A stretch of DNA of 64,000 nt, taken from positions 12,772,001 to 12,836,000 of the forward strand of contig OZ024752.1 of the NCBI GenBank assembly GCA_964016885.1, read 5' to 3'. The position numbers were made by a program, and so were the translations under genes. Under the pieces are notes generated by a model. That model was not told where the DNA came from, did no database searches, and saw nothing but the letters and a program-made list of their open reading frames with translations. Positions 36,661-49,840 of the stretch are shown here, piece by piece. Positions within the stretch are counted from its first letter, which is position 1. Each line of letters starts with the position of its first letter. Source of the DNA: Eledone cirrhosa (taxonomy: Eukaryota).

Positions 36661-37269
36661 CAATTAAATGCATTAAACAAAAATTTGATTGTTTTCTATG
36701 TTGTATATATAAATATATATATATGCTCCACGTATGGTATTGTATACAATTATACAATTTGATACACGAATGAATATATTGTAAGTTTAGTAAGTTTATT
36801 CATCAATATCTATCTATGCACATGAGCTAACATGCACATACAGAATTTGAATAGATTTTACAGTCGAATGTAAAACATATTCGAAGAGCAACTTACTCAG
36901 CAAAGAGTATGTGAACGTTAAAGAACCTATCTGTTGAATCCCAAAGCTAATGTACGATACTTGTTAAAAGAGTTCCGAACTTAGTATTAGGCTGGTACTA
37001 GGGTTGATTCTTCTTCCTATATCTTACTCTCACTTTCATTCTCTCACTCTTTATATCCTTCTCTGGAAGAAATCAGCTGTATTCAGACCTGGAGAGGAGA
37101 TGGGGTCTGCCAGGTTTTATAAATACCCAAGATATCACGTATATCAATGCAGCAACCCTACAACTCCCTCAAGAGTTATGGGATCCTATCCTACCTACAA
37201 TCCTGAAGAGTATATGTTGTAAGAGTTGTGCTATTTTATTAGATGCTTATTGTACACTAGTTTCTGTCC

Positions 37270-37490
37270 ACTGGGGCCATGGGGCGGCCAGTCTGCTGAG
37301 GCCGAGGGGCAACCAGTCCACGGGGACCGTGGGGTGGCCAGTGCATGGGACCGTGGGGTGGCCAGTGCAAGGGGACCGGGTGGGTGGACACTGCACGGGG
37401 ACCATGGGGGTGGCCAGTGCACGTGGACCATGGGGGGGGGGGGCAGTGCACGGGGACCGTGGGGTGGCCAGTGCACAGGGACCGTGAAGG
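37270..37490. repeat. GC-rich degenerate ~24-bp tandem repeat
   Basis: GCACGGGGACCGTGGGGTGGCCAGT-like units. Confidence 0.75.
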
Positions 37491-38498
37491 GGGGGGGGGG
37501 CATCGCATGTCTCACTGCCATGTATTTATGACTCAATTCACTGGTTTTCATTAGATTACATATTTTTGACAGTGACTGGCCCTACTAGTTGTTCCAATGT
37601 TCAAAAGTGGCCCAACAATGGAATATATTGCACACCCCTGTTTCAGACAATGTGTCTCATTGTGAACCATAGTAAGAGTTCTGTTTCTCTCCTCATATAA
37701 TTTTTGTCATACCTTATGCTCCAGTTATTATTGTTCCTGTTCTGCCTCCAGCTTCTACATCCTGCTTATTTCAATTTTGAGATCCTTGAATTTATAGAAA
37801 CTGCTTATGAATGTATTAATAAAAGTGATGACAACAATAAAGATGATGATGGTGATGGTGATGATGGTGACAATGACAATGATATGATGATGATGTTGAC
37901 TGATGATGATGAGAATTATGATGATTTAACATCTCTTCTTCCAGCTAGTCAGAAGGGACAAGGGTGATGTTATTACTAATTAATAATGATTTCTAGTATA
38001 GGCACAAGGCCAGTAATTTTTTGGGGAAGTCGATTAAATTGACCCCAGTGTATTACTGGTGCTTTATTTTATCAACTCCGTAAGGATGAAAGGCAAAGTT
38101 AACCTCAGTGGGATTTGAACTCAGACCGAGGTTATCTTTGCCTTTCATCCTTACGGGGTCGATAAAATAAAGCACCAGTAACGTACTGGGGTCAATTTAA
38201 TTGACTTCCCCCTCCACCAAATTACTAGCCTTTTGCCTATACTAGAAATCATTATTAATTAATTATGGCAGTGGATTGGCAGTATCGGTAGAGGGTCGGA
38301 CACCATGCTTTCTAGCATAGTTACGTCCCCTTACGGTCTGAGTTCAAATCCCGTCGAGGTTAACTTTGCCTTTCATCCTTACGGGGTCGATAAAATAAAG
38401 TACCAGTAATGCACTGGGATAATTGCTGGCCTTGTGCCAAAAGTAGAAACAATTATTAATTAAGCAATTTTTTTTTTTTTTATTATTTCTTAATAAAG

Positions 38499-38657
38499 TT
38501 ACCTGTCCTCCTGGAACATTTGGCTATGATTTTGATTACTGTCTACCTTGCCCTCAACATACTTACAACCCAATTTATGGTTCAAGCAATTGTACAGCAT
38601 GTCCTAATGGTACCTACACTGCCCACAATGGGGCTTCAACAATACAAGATTGCTTTG
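38499..38657 (+). CDS. Exon 10: GCC2/GCC3 (ephrin-receptor-like Cys-rich) repeat
   Basis: poly-T...aag|TT...TTTG|gtaagt; TCPPGTF...CLPCPQHTYNP...CTACPNGTYT...GASTIQDC; 159 nt. Confidence 0.9.
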
Positions 38658-41162
38658 GTAAGTTTCATGTCAAATAAAAAAGAAAATCCAGTTAACCCTT
38701 TCATTCCCATATTTTTTAATGTAATACGTTATAAAATGTAGTTTGCTTGAAGCATTGTATCATCATCACGTTTTACGTCCATTTTCCACGCTAGCATGGG
38801 TTAGATGGGTTGTCTTGTTGAGGGCAATGCCATGTCGGGTGACTTTGATTGCTCATACAGGAACTGATTTTGGCTTGATTTCTACAGTTGGATGTCCTTC
38901 CTAACACCAACCTCATTTACAGTGAGTATTGGGTGCTTTTTTTCTGTGGCGCCTATTGTATGTATTATAGAACGTGGAAAGTGGTATATGATATAAAGCT
39001 AAACAATGCAAAATGGATCGTAAAATAAAGGTAACGAGAAAGTAAGTTACTTGACAATTTTTTTTTCTTTTTGTTTGTTGCTGTTGTTTCTTCCATCCTA
39101 ATATTTCGGGACTTAAAATTCCTTTCTTCGGAGTATAAGGAACTCTCAGAGAAAAATGTTCTGGTTTCTTCTCTCTGGAATTAAATTTAGATTCAATTTT
39201 ATAAACACTTTCAAGTGTTGTTTGATGGTTATTTTGTTGTTCACGAGAAAAATGACGTCAATTGCCGATGTAGTATTTCATGGAATCAATTTCCCTTTTT
39301 TTTTGTGTCAAGTATTGTGTCTTTTTATGTCAAGTATTGTGTGCTGAGTTCTAATGTATAATACATTCTATTTGGATTAATTAATAAAGAGTTTACAGGG
39401 ATTTACTACCATACTTCCTAGTGTCGAAGATGCTACTTTTTTCCTAAAATAAGCCTCAAAAATCTACCATGCATCCTGGAGGCTGAAAGTTATTTATTAT
39501 TTTTTTTCAAATTTTTGGTTGTCAAAATTAGGCTGCGTTCTCGATGATGAAGCATCTTCGGTGCTGGGAAATACGGTAATTATTTCATTAAGATAGAATT
39601 TGTAACACAGCTTCTCAAAAGATTCTGCTAGAAAATTTTGTTGAAATTTCTAAAATTTAAATAGGAACATTTCAAAATGGATGATTTTGTTTGATAGAAG
39701 CAGAGATGATTTTAGGTGGGTTGGTATAAAAAAAGTTAAGTTTGACTTGCTATTGAGGAACCCTTTCTTAAAAGATATTTAAGTTTGAAATGATTTATTT
39801 CTATAACATAGGGCAGTCATGAAAAGACATTTCAAATTTAATGCTCAGCCAGTTTTTATCAATATTGAAATGTTTTGGTATTTAATTTCAGTTTGTATAC
39901 TTCTTGTTTGGCACAATTTGTTGTAATGAATATTAATTAGCTTGTTCTGCAAGATTTTTAAGCTCTTAACATCATGTATCACATGAAACCACATTAGCAA
40001 GATATTTTTGAAAAATAGAAATCATAAATATGACTGCATCGTATGAAAAGTTAAAGTTTTTAGTCTAATATTGCAAATTTTCACAATTATCTGTCGACTA
40101 GTAAAGACTCTATAAGCATTTGAATTAACAGGCCCATCTTCAGATATTTTGTGCTAATTAATTACAGGTTGCCAAGTTAAATATTTCATAGAGAAAGCCT
40201 TATGTTTACAATAAAGGAATTCTCAGTAAGAATTTTGTATTTTCTGAGGCTGATTTTGACTTATTTTCTTACAGGTCAAAATATAGTCCAGATGGACCAT
40301 CAGAGGGCTATAGTTATGGTAGTCCATAGCAAGTTTTTAAGACGAAGGAAATCTCTAATTTTTTTACATAAGACAATCTAAATCAGTTAAATATAAATTT
40401 ACATGAATCTTGTTATAAAGTACATGATTAATTTAAATATCCTTTCATACTGTTACATAATACAATTAAAAGTAAACATATATTTGGTAATTCATGAAGA
40501 TTTTCTAGCTGATTCAGTTGGGCATAGCTGTGATATACCACCCAGACAAGGGTGTAGGGTTTTCCACATCCCTTTCTCTCTCTTTGTCCAGTTTATATTA
40601 CTTTTCTTTATATTACTTTTTCTTGCCTCTTTTTTTTTTTACTTTTTCTGTTTATTATTTTGATCCTGAATTTTAAATACTTTCATTATTATACACATTT
40701 AAATAAATTTAATACAGGTAAAATTCCGTTATAACAAATTTTTAGTCTAACAATTTTTTTCAATCCCCGAGGTAATAACAAACAAACGCTTGATTTGTTT
40801 CGGTCGATCTCATTACAAAGAATTTTTCGTTACAAATTGTTTTTTTATACCTAGTGAATTTCATTATAACAGAATTTTACTGTATAAAGAATGGTGTGCT
40901 CTTATGCAGAGAAGCTATAAAATAGTATATAAAATAGAGTGACGAAGCTTAAAGGTAGAAAAAGGAGGAATTAGACTCCATAAAGGATTTCACTCTATTT
41001 CATAAGCTATTTTATAGCACCTCCACACGTGATCACATCATTCTTTATATTAACTTTATCTTCTCAGTGCCTTGTAAAAGTCCAAGAGATCAGCTACATG
41101 TTTTAACATCTAAATAAACATTTTAATGATTTATTTTTTGTTCTGATCAATTGTTTCCATAG

Positions 41163-41318
41163 ATGGCTGTCCAGTAGGAAGCATATCAACAACTGGATAT
41201 AGCCCATGTAACTTATGCCCTGAAAATACCTATTACATAAACAGAACATTTTGTGAACAATGTCCACCAGGGAAGTTTACTTTATTTAAAGGTGAACCCA
41301 ATATCACACAATGTCTCA
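41163..41318 (+). CDS. Exon 11: GCC2/GCC3 repeat
   Basis: ccatag|AT...CTCA|gtaagt; GCPVGSISTTGYSPCNLCPENTY...CEQCPPGKFT...QCL; 156 nt. Confidence 0.92.
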
Positions 41319-42789
41319 GTAAGTTATTTCTGATTATAGTTTGGCACTTGTCATGTAAGTATTGCCTATCACAGTATAACATTTCAGATTCATCCTAAAT
41401 GTTTCAACTTGGTTGCCTAAAACTATTGTGTGTTCAATCCAACCCAATCCATTTCAATCCCCTCTCACTCCTGTTAAAGGAACTCCACCCTGGTTGACCT
41501 CCACTGATTTCTGTTTGGCTTTGGCCATATTATTTAGGGTTCTTAGTCCTCAGGGATCAAATCCTGTTGGGGCTTACTTGTATGGTACACTTAATTTATC
41601 ACTTGGTTTTACACCACCACCTGGTCCTGAGTTGGCTTTAGTAGAGTCTAATCTGTTGCAAGTACTTGGAAAGGGTTTCTGGTTTGGGAATACCACCCCC
41701 ATCCTCCCTCCTTTGCCCCATCGGTCCTGAAACATCCCTTACACCCAAAACGTCATGACCACTTGCCTTTCTCTTTCTGACAAAGCAGTAAACAGAAAAG
41801 TAAGATGTTATGGAGGAAATAATCCTGCAAACACATTTTTAAACCAGAGTTTCAAGAACCCTTTTAATACTGAAGGTGTCATTCAAAGCTATATTCTCTG
41901 TTGCTCTCATCCCTATAATCCTTTAACCATGATGATTATTTGAGGGTCAAGAGTACTTCTCAGTTGTGTCAAGAGCACAGCAACCTCTCTGGTGTTGGTG
42001 ACACAAAACAAAGACACCTTGTACACTCTGTAGAGGGGTTTGTCATAGCAAGAGCATCCAACCTTTGAAAATTTGCTGGATGGTTGTGAGGATGCTTTAA
42101 CTCTGTCAAAGATATAACAACCACCCTGGTGCTGGTGCCATTTTGTTGTATTCTTTAGTCATCTCCGTGAGATTCAGCATTTTGAAATCGGCTCTCATCA
42201 ATTTTTCCCAGGGGTTCCTTCATCTTGCTCTACAGCAGATTCATTCCACAGGTATTTCTTAACACTTCACCCAAATGTGACCATTCATATGCATCTCATG
42301 TTGATACCAGTGCTGTCTTCTCTCCCCTGCACAATACACTTGATTCCTCTTATGCCCAATTTCTCTTTCAACTCAGCCATGCACATTAATTGACAGCCGA
42401 TCGACTTTCATCAAATCGGAATGAGGAAACAATGTTTCCGTTGGTCTTGCCAATTGCTAATACTGTCTATCAGTAGCAACTCCAAGTAGAAGGAACAACG
42501 TGAAATAAAGTGTCTTTCCCAAGGACATAATACATCGCCCAGTCCAGGAATCAAACTCACAATCTCAAGACTGCGAATCCAATTCTCTTACCACTCAGTC
42601 ATGCGCCTTCACATATCCTTATGCATTAACTGCCTTTGTGTCACCTCCATGCAACATCATACATTAAACCAGGGGTTCCTGACCTTTTGTGCACCATGTA
42701 CCACCTCAACATCTTAAAAATTGTTATTGCCCCCCAAAAAAATTTATATGAAAACAGCAATGATCAACTCTAAAGTATAAACAAATTGG

Positions 42790-43990
42790 TATATAGGTGG
42801 TACCAGATACACACAGTAACATATGTGGCGGAGGAGTTGAGACAGGAGTTTCTGACAGTAATATGTACCATATAGGTGGTGCCAGATATACACTAACATG
42901 TGTAGAGGTGGGACAGGAGTTTCTGACAGTAATATGTACCATATAGGTGGTGCCAGACAGATATACACTAACATGTGTAGAGGTGAGACAGGGGTTTCTG
43001 ACAGTAATATGTACCATATAGGTGGTGCCAGACAGATATACACTAACATGTGTAGAGGTGAGACAGGGGTTTCTGACAGTAATATGTACCATATAGGTGG
43101 TGCCAGACAGATATACACTAACATGTGTAGAGGTGAGACAGGAGTTTCTGACAGTAATATGTACCATATAGGTGGTGCCAGACAGATATACACTAACATG
43201 TGTAGAGGTGAGACAGGGGTTTCTGACAGTAATATGTACCGTATAGGTGGTGCCAGACAGATATACACTAACATGTGTAGAGGTGAGACAGGGGTTTCTG
43301 ACAGTAATATGTACCATATAGGTGGTGCCAGACAGATATACACTAACATGTGTAGAGGTGAGACAGGGGTTTCTGACAGTAATATGTACCATATAGGTGG
43401 TGCCAGACAGATATACACTAACATGTGTAGAGGTGAGACAGGGGTTTCTGACAGTAATATGTACCATATAGGTGGTGCCAGACAGATATACACTAACATG
43501 TGTAGAGGTGAGACAGGGGTTTCTGACAGTAATATGTACCATATAGGTGGTGCCAGACAGATATACACTAACATGTGTAGAGGTGAGACAGGGGTTTCTG
43601 ACAGTAATATGTACGATATAGGTGGTGCCAGACAGATATACACTAACATGTGTAGAGGTGAGACAGGGGTTTCTGACAGTAATATGTACCATATAGGTGG
43701 TGCCAGACAGATATACACTAACATGTGTAGAGGTGAGACAGGGGTTTCTGACAGTAATATGTACCATATAGGTGGTGCCAGACAGATATACACTAACATG
43801 TGTAGAGGTGAGACAGGGGTTTCTGACAGTAATATGTACCATATAGGTGGTGCCAGACAGATATACACTAACATGTGTAGAGGTGAGACAGGGGTTTCTG
43901 ACAGTAATATGTACCATATAGGTGGTGCCAGACAGATATACACTAACATGTGTAGAGGTGGGACAGGAGTTTCTGACAGTACTATGTACT
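42790..43990. repeat. 75-bp minisatellite, about 15-16 copies
   Basis: Unit ATATACACTAACATGTGTAGAGGTGAGACAGGGGTTTCTGACAGTAATATGTACCATATAGGTGGTGCCAGACAG. Confidence 0.95.
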
Positions 43991-44769
43991 AAAGTTGCCT
44001 TAGTGTTAGAGCAATAAGGTAAAATCTGAAGTTTGTTCTCATTAACATTTTCAAATGACCCCTGTAGCATGTGTGCCCCACATTGGGAATCACTGCTTTA
44101 CACACATGCATCATACAGCAACCTGTTCATTCATAGACAAAAATATTTTATTGTTAACAGGGGTAGAGCTCTCTGAAGTTTTTCTATCCTGTTCTTATTT
44201 TAGCTACTATGCTTTCAGAGCAACCACCGCAACTACTAATTAAGCAACCTAAGTAGCAGAAGCTATCAACTACTGCTATGGAGCCTTCTTGGGATTGAAA
44301 AAAAGTTGAATTTGTCAGGATTCTTACTATTATCTAATCCTGTGCATCTGCCATATACAAAACCAACCATTTCCGTTATCCTGAGTACAATCCCACTACA
44401 GTCCTTATGTACCCATGTTTTACATTATATACATTGTATAGACCGGTCATGGACAACCTGCGCACCGCAAATCTTTCTAAATGACTCGCCTAAGTGAAAT
44501 CTTTCTGATTTTTTTACCATAACTTTTCAGTCGTAATTTATCTAACCCATGCTAGTGTAGAAGATGGACGTTAAACGATGATGATCATCATCATTTTTTC
44601 GATCGAGGAAAATGTGTATGAATTCTGAAGAGACAAATCAAAACAACCTGAGTTACCACCCTTTTTTTTAATGTGGGCACGAATGTAAATTAGTGCTTGC
44701 GGCCCGCCTGATGATGAACCATATCTCATGTGACCCACATCTCGGAAAAGGTTGCCCATGCCTTTTCTA

Positions 44770-45015
44770 CATATCAAACATGACTGCTTCTCTGTTGAGA
44801 GTCCTGTTCTTTTTCCTACTTACTAAAACCTTCTTATCAAACATGGCTGCTCCTCTGATGAGAGTCCTGTCCTTTTTCCTACTTACTAAAACCTTCATAT
44901 CAAACATGGCTGCTCCTCTGATGAGAGTCCTGTCCTTTTTCCTACTTACTAAAACCTTCATATCAAACATGGCTGCTTCTCTGATGAGACCAGAGTCCTG
45001 TCCTTTCTCCTACTT
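44770..45015. repeat. 63-bp tandem repeat, about 4 copies
   Basis: TCAAACATG recurs near 44774, 44837, 44900, 44963. Confidence 0.85.
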
Positions 45016-45054
45016 ACCTTCATCTTTGTACACTCTGATTCCTTTTGATTTTAG

Positions 45055-45213
45055 ATGAATGTTTACCTGGTTTCTTCTCTGAAACTGGCTTTCAACCATG
45101 TCACATATGTCCAGAGAACAGTTATAACAGTTTTCATCGTTCCACAATGTGTACACCTTGTTTCCAAAATGAGACAAGTGATCCTGGTTCAACGGAACCT
45201 TCAAATTGTACAG
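45055..45213 (+). CDS. Exon 12: GCC2/GCC3 repeat
   Basis: ttttag|AT...ACAG|gtaagc; ECLPGFFSETGFQPCHICPENSY...CTPC...GSTEPSNCT; 159 nt. Confidence 0.92.
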
Positions 45214-45295
45214 GTAAGCCCTACCTCAATTGTTGTTTGTTGATTTCTTTTGTTTATTGTGTAGCCTCAATCAAGCTGACCAATAGCACACAGGT

Positions 45296-45700
45296 CTTCT
45301 TCTTCTTCTTCTTCTTCTTCTTCTTCCTCTTCCTCTTCTTCTTCTTTTTCTTCTTCTTGAGAGGGTCATGGGGAGGGACAGAGTCCTCAAACACTTCCTT
45401 CCAGCAGGTCCTGTCAGAAGCAACCGTCTCCAGCTGGATCCCCAAGCGAGACCAGCCGAGCTCATGTATGTTATCCAACCATCTTGCTTGGGGTCTATCC
45501 CTGGGTGTGCTGCAGGCTGGTTTAGCCCGTAATATCTGTCCAACAATTCTCTTCTAAGACATTCTAACCCCATGGCCAGAGTATCGGAGCTGTGATCTCT
45601 CAATTCAGAGAAGTAGTAGCTCTACCTGGAGTGACTCCCTAATCTCCGAGCTACAAATCTGTCCAGCAATTCTCTTCTAAGACATTCTAATCACATGCTA
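45296..45700 (-). mobile_element. LINE-like 3' fragment with (GAA)n tail (related copy at 31660-32040)
   Basis: Both loci share sequence and both abut (TTC)n tracts. Confidence 0.55.
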
Positions 45701-47235
45701 TCATATTTTATCTACTCAATCTCTTATGCCATGTTCATACCTAAAATGTCTATAGTCTGTCTTGAGCAGCACACAGACACACACACACACAGTGGTCACA
45801 CTTAGGCATTTAGCTGGCTGCCTGTGTGCTAATGAAAAGAGTGGTAATCCCAATAGCACACAGGCGGCCAGCTAAATGACTAAGTGTGACCACTGTGTGT
45901 GTGGATAAGCATCAGCTTGTTGAGCCTCTAGGCTCGAGACAGATTTTAGACATTTAAACTGGCCAGAATTCTCTCACCTCTTTCTATTCAATCCGGTTGT
46001 AACCATCCACTCATACTGATGTTAAGGTATTGTTCTCAAAATAAATAAAATCAAAATCTCATAGATGAGATATTATATGAGGTAAAGTCTTTACTGTGAA
46101 AATATAATAGCAAATATAGAGTAATGTAAATGGTAAAGGGTTAATGTGCACATCGCATATGAGGTTGAGTAAATAAAATATGATATCACTGAAGATGAGA
46201 GATATACCACTTTGAAATATACTACAACCTGTTCACCATAATATGAAGTATATTTGACATCCCTTTAAACTGGTTGGATCTGGCTAGAATTCTCACACCT
46301 CTTTCTGTTCAAACTGGGTATAACCGGCTGCTCATACTTATGTTAAGGTATTGTTCGCAAGATAAATAATATCAAAAACTCATAGATTCGATATTATGTG
46401 AGATAATTCTGTGAAGTAAAGCCTTTACCGTGAAAATACAATAGTAAAGATAAGAAGGTTTAAGAAATGTCATTATTTTTAATCCCTTTAGAGTGGTGGA
46501 TTGGCAGTATTGGTAGAGGGTCTGACACCATGCTTTGCAGCATAGAGTTGCGCCCCTTTATGATCTGAGTTCAAATCCTGCCGAGGTTAACTTTGCCTTT
46601 CATCCTTACGGGTTGATAAAATAAAGTACCAGTAACGTACTGGGGGGTCAATTTAATGGACTTTCCCCTCCCCCAAATTACTGGCCTTGTGCCTATACTA
46701 GAAATCATTATTTTTAATCCCTTTAGATAGCAAACTGCCTGAAACCTACCCTACAAAGCTGTTTATTTTAACACTTTGCCATTTACATTACTCTATATAT
46801 ACTCTAGTATTTTCATAGATTCCATATTATGTGAGGTAATGTGTTTACTGTGAAAATATGATTGTTTCTACTTTTGGCACAAAGCCACCAATTAACCCAG
46901 TACATTACTGGTACTTTATTTACTTTATTTTATCGACTCCATAAGGATGAAAGGCAAAGTTAACCTCAGCGGCATTCGAACTCAGACCGTAAAGGGCCGT
47001 AACTCTAAGCTGCAAAGCATGGTGTCCGACACTCTACCGATACTGCCAAATTCACCGCCCTACTGTGAAAATATAATTATTTCTACTTTAGGCACAAGGC
47101 CAGCAATTACCCAGTGCATTACTGGTACTTTATTTTATCGACCCCGTAAGGATGAAAGGCAAAGTTAACCTCGGCGGGATTTGAACTCAGAATCGCAAGG
47201 GCCGTAACTCTATGCATCAAAGCATGGCGTCCGAC

Positions 47236-47690
47236 CCTGTATTTTTAAATAATAATCCTGTATTTTTAAATAATAATCCTGTATTTTTAAATAATAATCA
47301 AGTATTTTTAAATAATAATCCTGTATTTTTAAATAATAATCAAGTATTTTTAAATAATAATCCTGTATTTTTAAATAATAATCAAGTATTTTTAAATAAT
47401 AATCCTGTATTTTTAAATAATAATCCTGTATTTTTAAATAATAATCCTGTATTTTTAAATAATAATCAAGTATTTTTAAATAATAATCCTGTATTTTTAA
47501 ATAATAATCAAGTATTTTTAAATAATAATCCTGTATTTTTAAATAATAATCCTGTATTTTTAAATAATAATCCTGCATTTTTAAATAATAATCCTGTATT
47601 TTTAAATAATAATCCTGTATTTTTAAATAATAATCCTGTATTTTTAAATAATAATCCTGTATTTTTAAATAATAATCAAGTATTTTTAAA
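47236..47690. repeat. 21-bp AT-rich minisatellite, about 21 copies
   Basis: Unit CCTGTATTTTTAAATAATAAT with a CAAG variant; short copies at 58345-58395 and 58555-58650. Confidence 0.95.
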
Positions 47691-47790
47691 TTGGCAATAT
47701 CTGCCAATCTGAAAATATAATAGTAAATATAAAGTAATGTGAATGATAAACAGTTATGAGAAACTGAATTTTGTTGTTCTTGTCTTTCAG

Positions 47791-47874
47791 AGATTGAAAT
47801 TTGTAAAACCAATCCTTGTGTCTATGGCAACTGCACAGTTCTCAAGCATTATCATGTATGTGATTGTCCTCCAG
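47791..47874 (+). CDS. Exon 13: EGF-like repeat
   Basis: tttcag|AG...CCAG|gtaatt; EICKTNPCVYGNCTVLKHYHVCDCPP; 84 nt. Confidence 0.9.
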
Positions 47875-49017
47875 GTAATTATGCCTCCAGCATACACAAT
47901 TAATTATATGTTTTATGAGATGGAAGAAATGTGCGTTAATTAAAATATAATTAACAGTCTTTGGTCTTCTTTTCAATGTAATATTTGCTCTATGAGTTTA
48001 CTTAAACATCTAAAATAAGGAGTTCATACAAGTAGATTTTGTATGTAGCTTTCTCAGTAGTTTACTGTAATAAATCTAATATTTTGAGCTGTAATAACTT
48101 CTTCATCTACCTTCATCTGTTTTTTTATTTGAAAACGTTTTATTCTAAATTATATATATCATCATCATCATCATCGTTTAACGTCGATCTTCCACACTAG
48201 CATAGGTTGGACAGGACTGTCCAACTTGAGGCAAGATTGGTCGAGTGACCATGTCTTGCTCATACAGAACTGTTTGTGGCGGGTTTTCTGTGGCTGGATG
48301 CCCTTCCTAACACCAACCACATTTACATATATATATATAATATGTTGAAAAGGTAACACACCAGCGAGAGATATACAGTGCGCTATCAATAAAACAGGGA
48401 AAAAAACCACCAGTGTATGGCATCTATAACCTATGAAAGGCAGACTATAGACACGATAATTAAAAATATAAATTAAAGCGTAAATAAATACCTTTATAAC
48501 TATATAACACACGGTCAGGTGATCATGTCTTGCTCATACAGAACTGATTTTGGCTTGATTTCTACAGCTGGATGCCCTTTCATAGGTTATAGATTCCATA
48601 CACTGGTGGTTTTTTTCCCTGTTTTATTGATAGCGCACTGTATATCTCTCTCTGGTGTGTTACCTTTTCAACATATTGTATTTTAAAGAGCTCAGGATCT
48701 CTTCTTCTTTGAGCACATTATTTACAGGGAATGGCGAGGGCCTATGCCTCCGTTAATTTATCGTGGTATATATATATATCATCATTATCCTCATCACCAT
48801 TTAACGTCAATTCTTCCACGGTGACATGGGTTAGATGAGTTGTCCTGTTGTGGGCAATGCCAGGTCAGGTGATCATGTCTTGTGCTCATACAGAACTGAT
48901 TTTGGCTTGATTTCTACAGCTGGACGCCCTTCCTAATACCAACCACATTTACAGTGAGTGCTGGGTGCTTTTTATCATGATGGCCTACATATATATATAT
49001 ACATACATACACACATA

Positions 49018-49054
<37 letters not shown>

Positions 49055-49840
49055 TGGTATAGTATGGTCCTGTAATTCCTGATAGAGTTGTAGGGGCGCT
49101 TTAGTGATATATGATGTTTCTTGGACATTTTAAGCCAGGTGGAGCCTATCTTTGGTTGACTTCCACCAATTTCTGTTTCATTTTGGTCATGTCACGAGTT
49201 TAGCCGTACTCACCATGCTTGGCCAGTTGCAAGTTGGTGAGGCTATTTAAGCTATAGTTGTGGTGGATAGCCATTGACTATGAGGAGTTCATTTGCCCTT
49301 TTTTTAAACAACTCTTGTTTTTTGTGCTGCTAGGGATCTACTTATCCTCCTCACTCTACCAGTGTCTGGTGGAGGAGCTGGTTTAGTTGTTGCCAACCAT
49401 TCAACCATGAAGCCGGTTATACTGGGTTACATCTGAAAGGCTTCTACACAGTTTCTGTCCATCTAATTTTGTTCTCAATGTGAGATGACATGATGGAAGA
49501 CACTTGCTCAAGTTCTATCCTGTTGAATCATATCTGGAACTTCATGATTGTAAATGGAACTTCTTAATCACTCAGCTTACAAAAGTTCAAAAAGTATTGA
49601 TGAATGTGTTGGCTTGCCTAAACAATTATTAGAACAGAACCTCAGTACATCTTGTTGCTGTGGCCTGTGATTGGTTGTATGTGTCTTCTACTTATTCTCC
49701 TTTTTTTTTGTGATAAAATAAAATAGAAAAAAATGTGTGATTTGAATACATTTAAATACTATACTTTATAATGCAATGTCCTGAAAAATGTGTGAATTGA
49801 ATACATTTAACTGCTATTTGAACCAAATAAAAAGTATATA

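Noticed and set aside
40275-40318. Possible small exon after ttttcttacag
   Set aside because: Its 44-nt length would break the phase 1-1 frame between exons 10 and 11, which join cleanly without it; the donor is weak.
42724-44070. Three overlapping 364-448 aa ORFs
   Set aside because: A 75-bp unit open in several frames on both strands; no splice or domain evidence.
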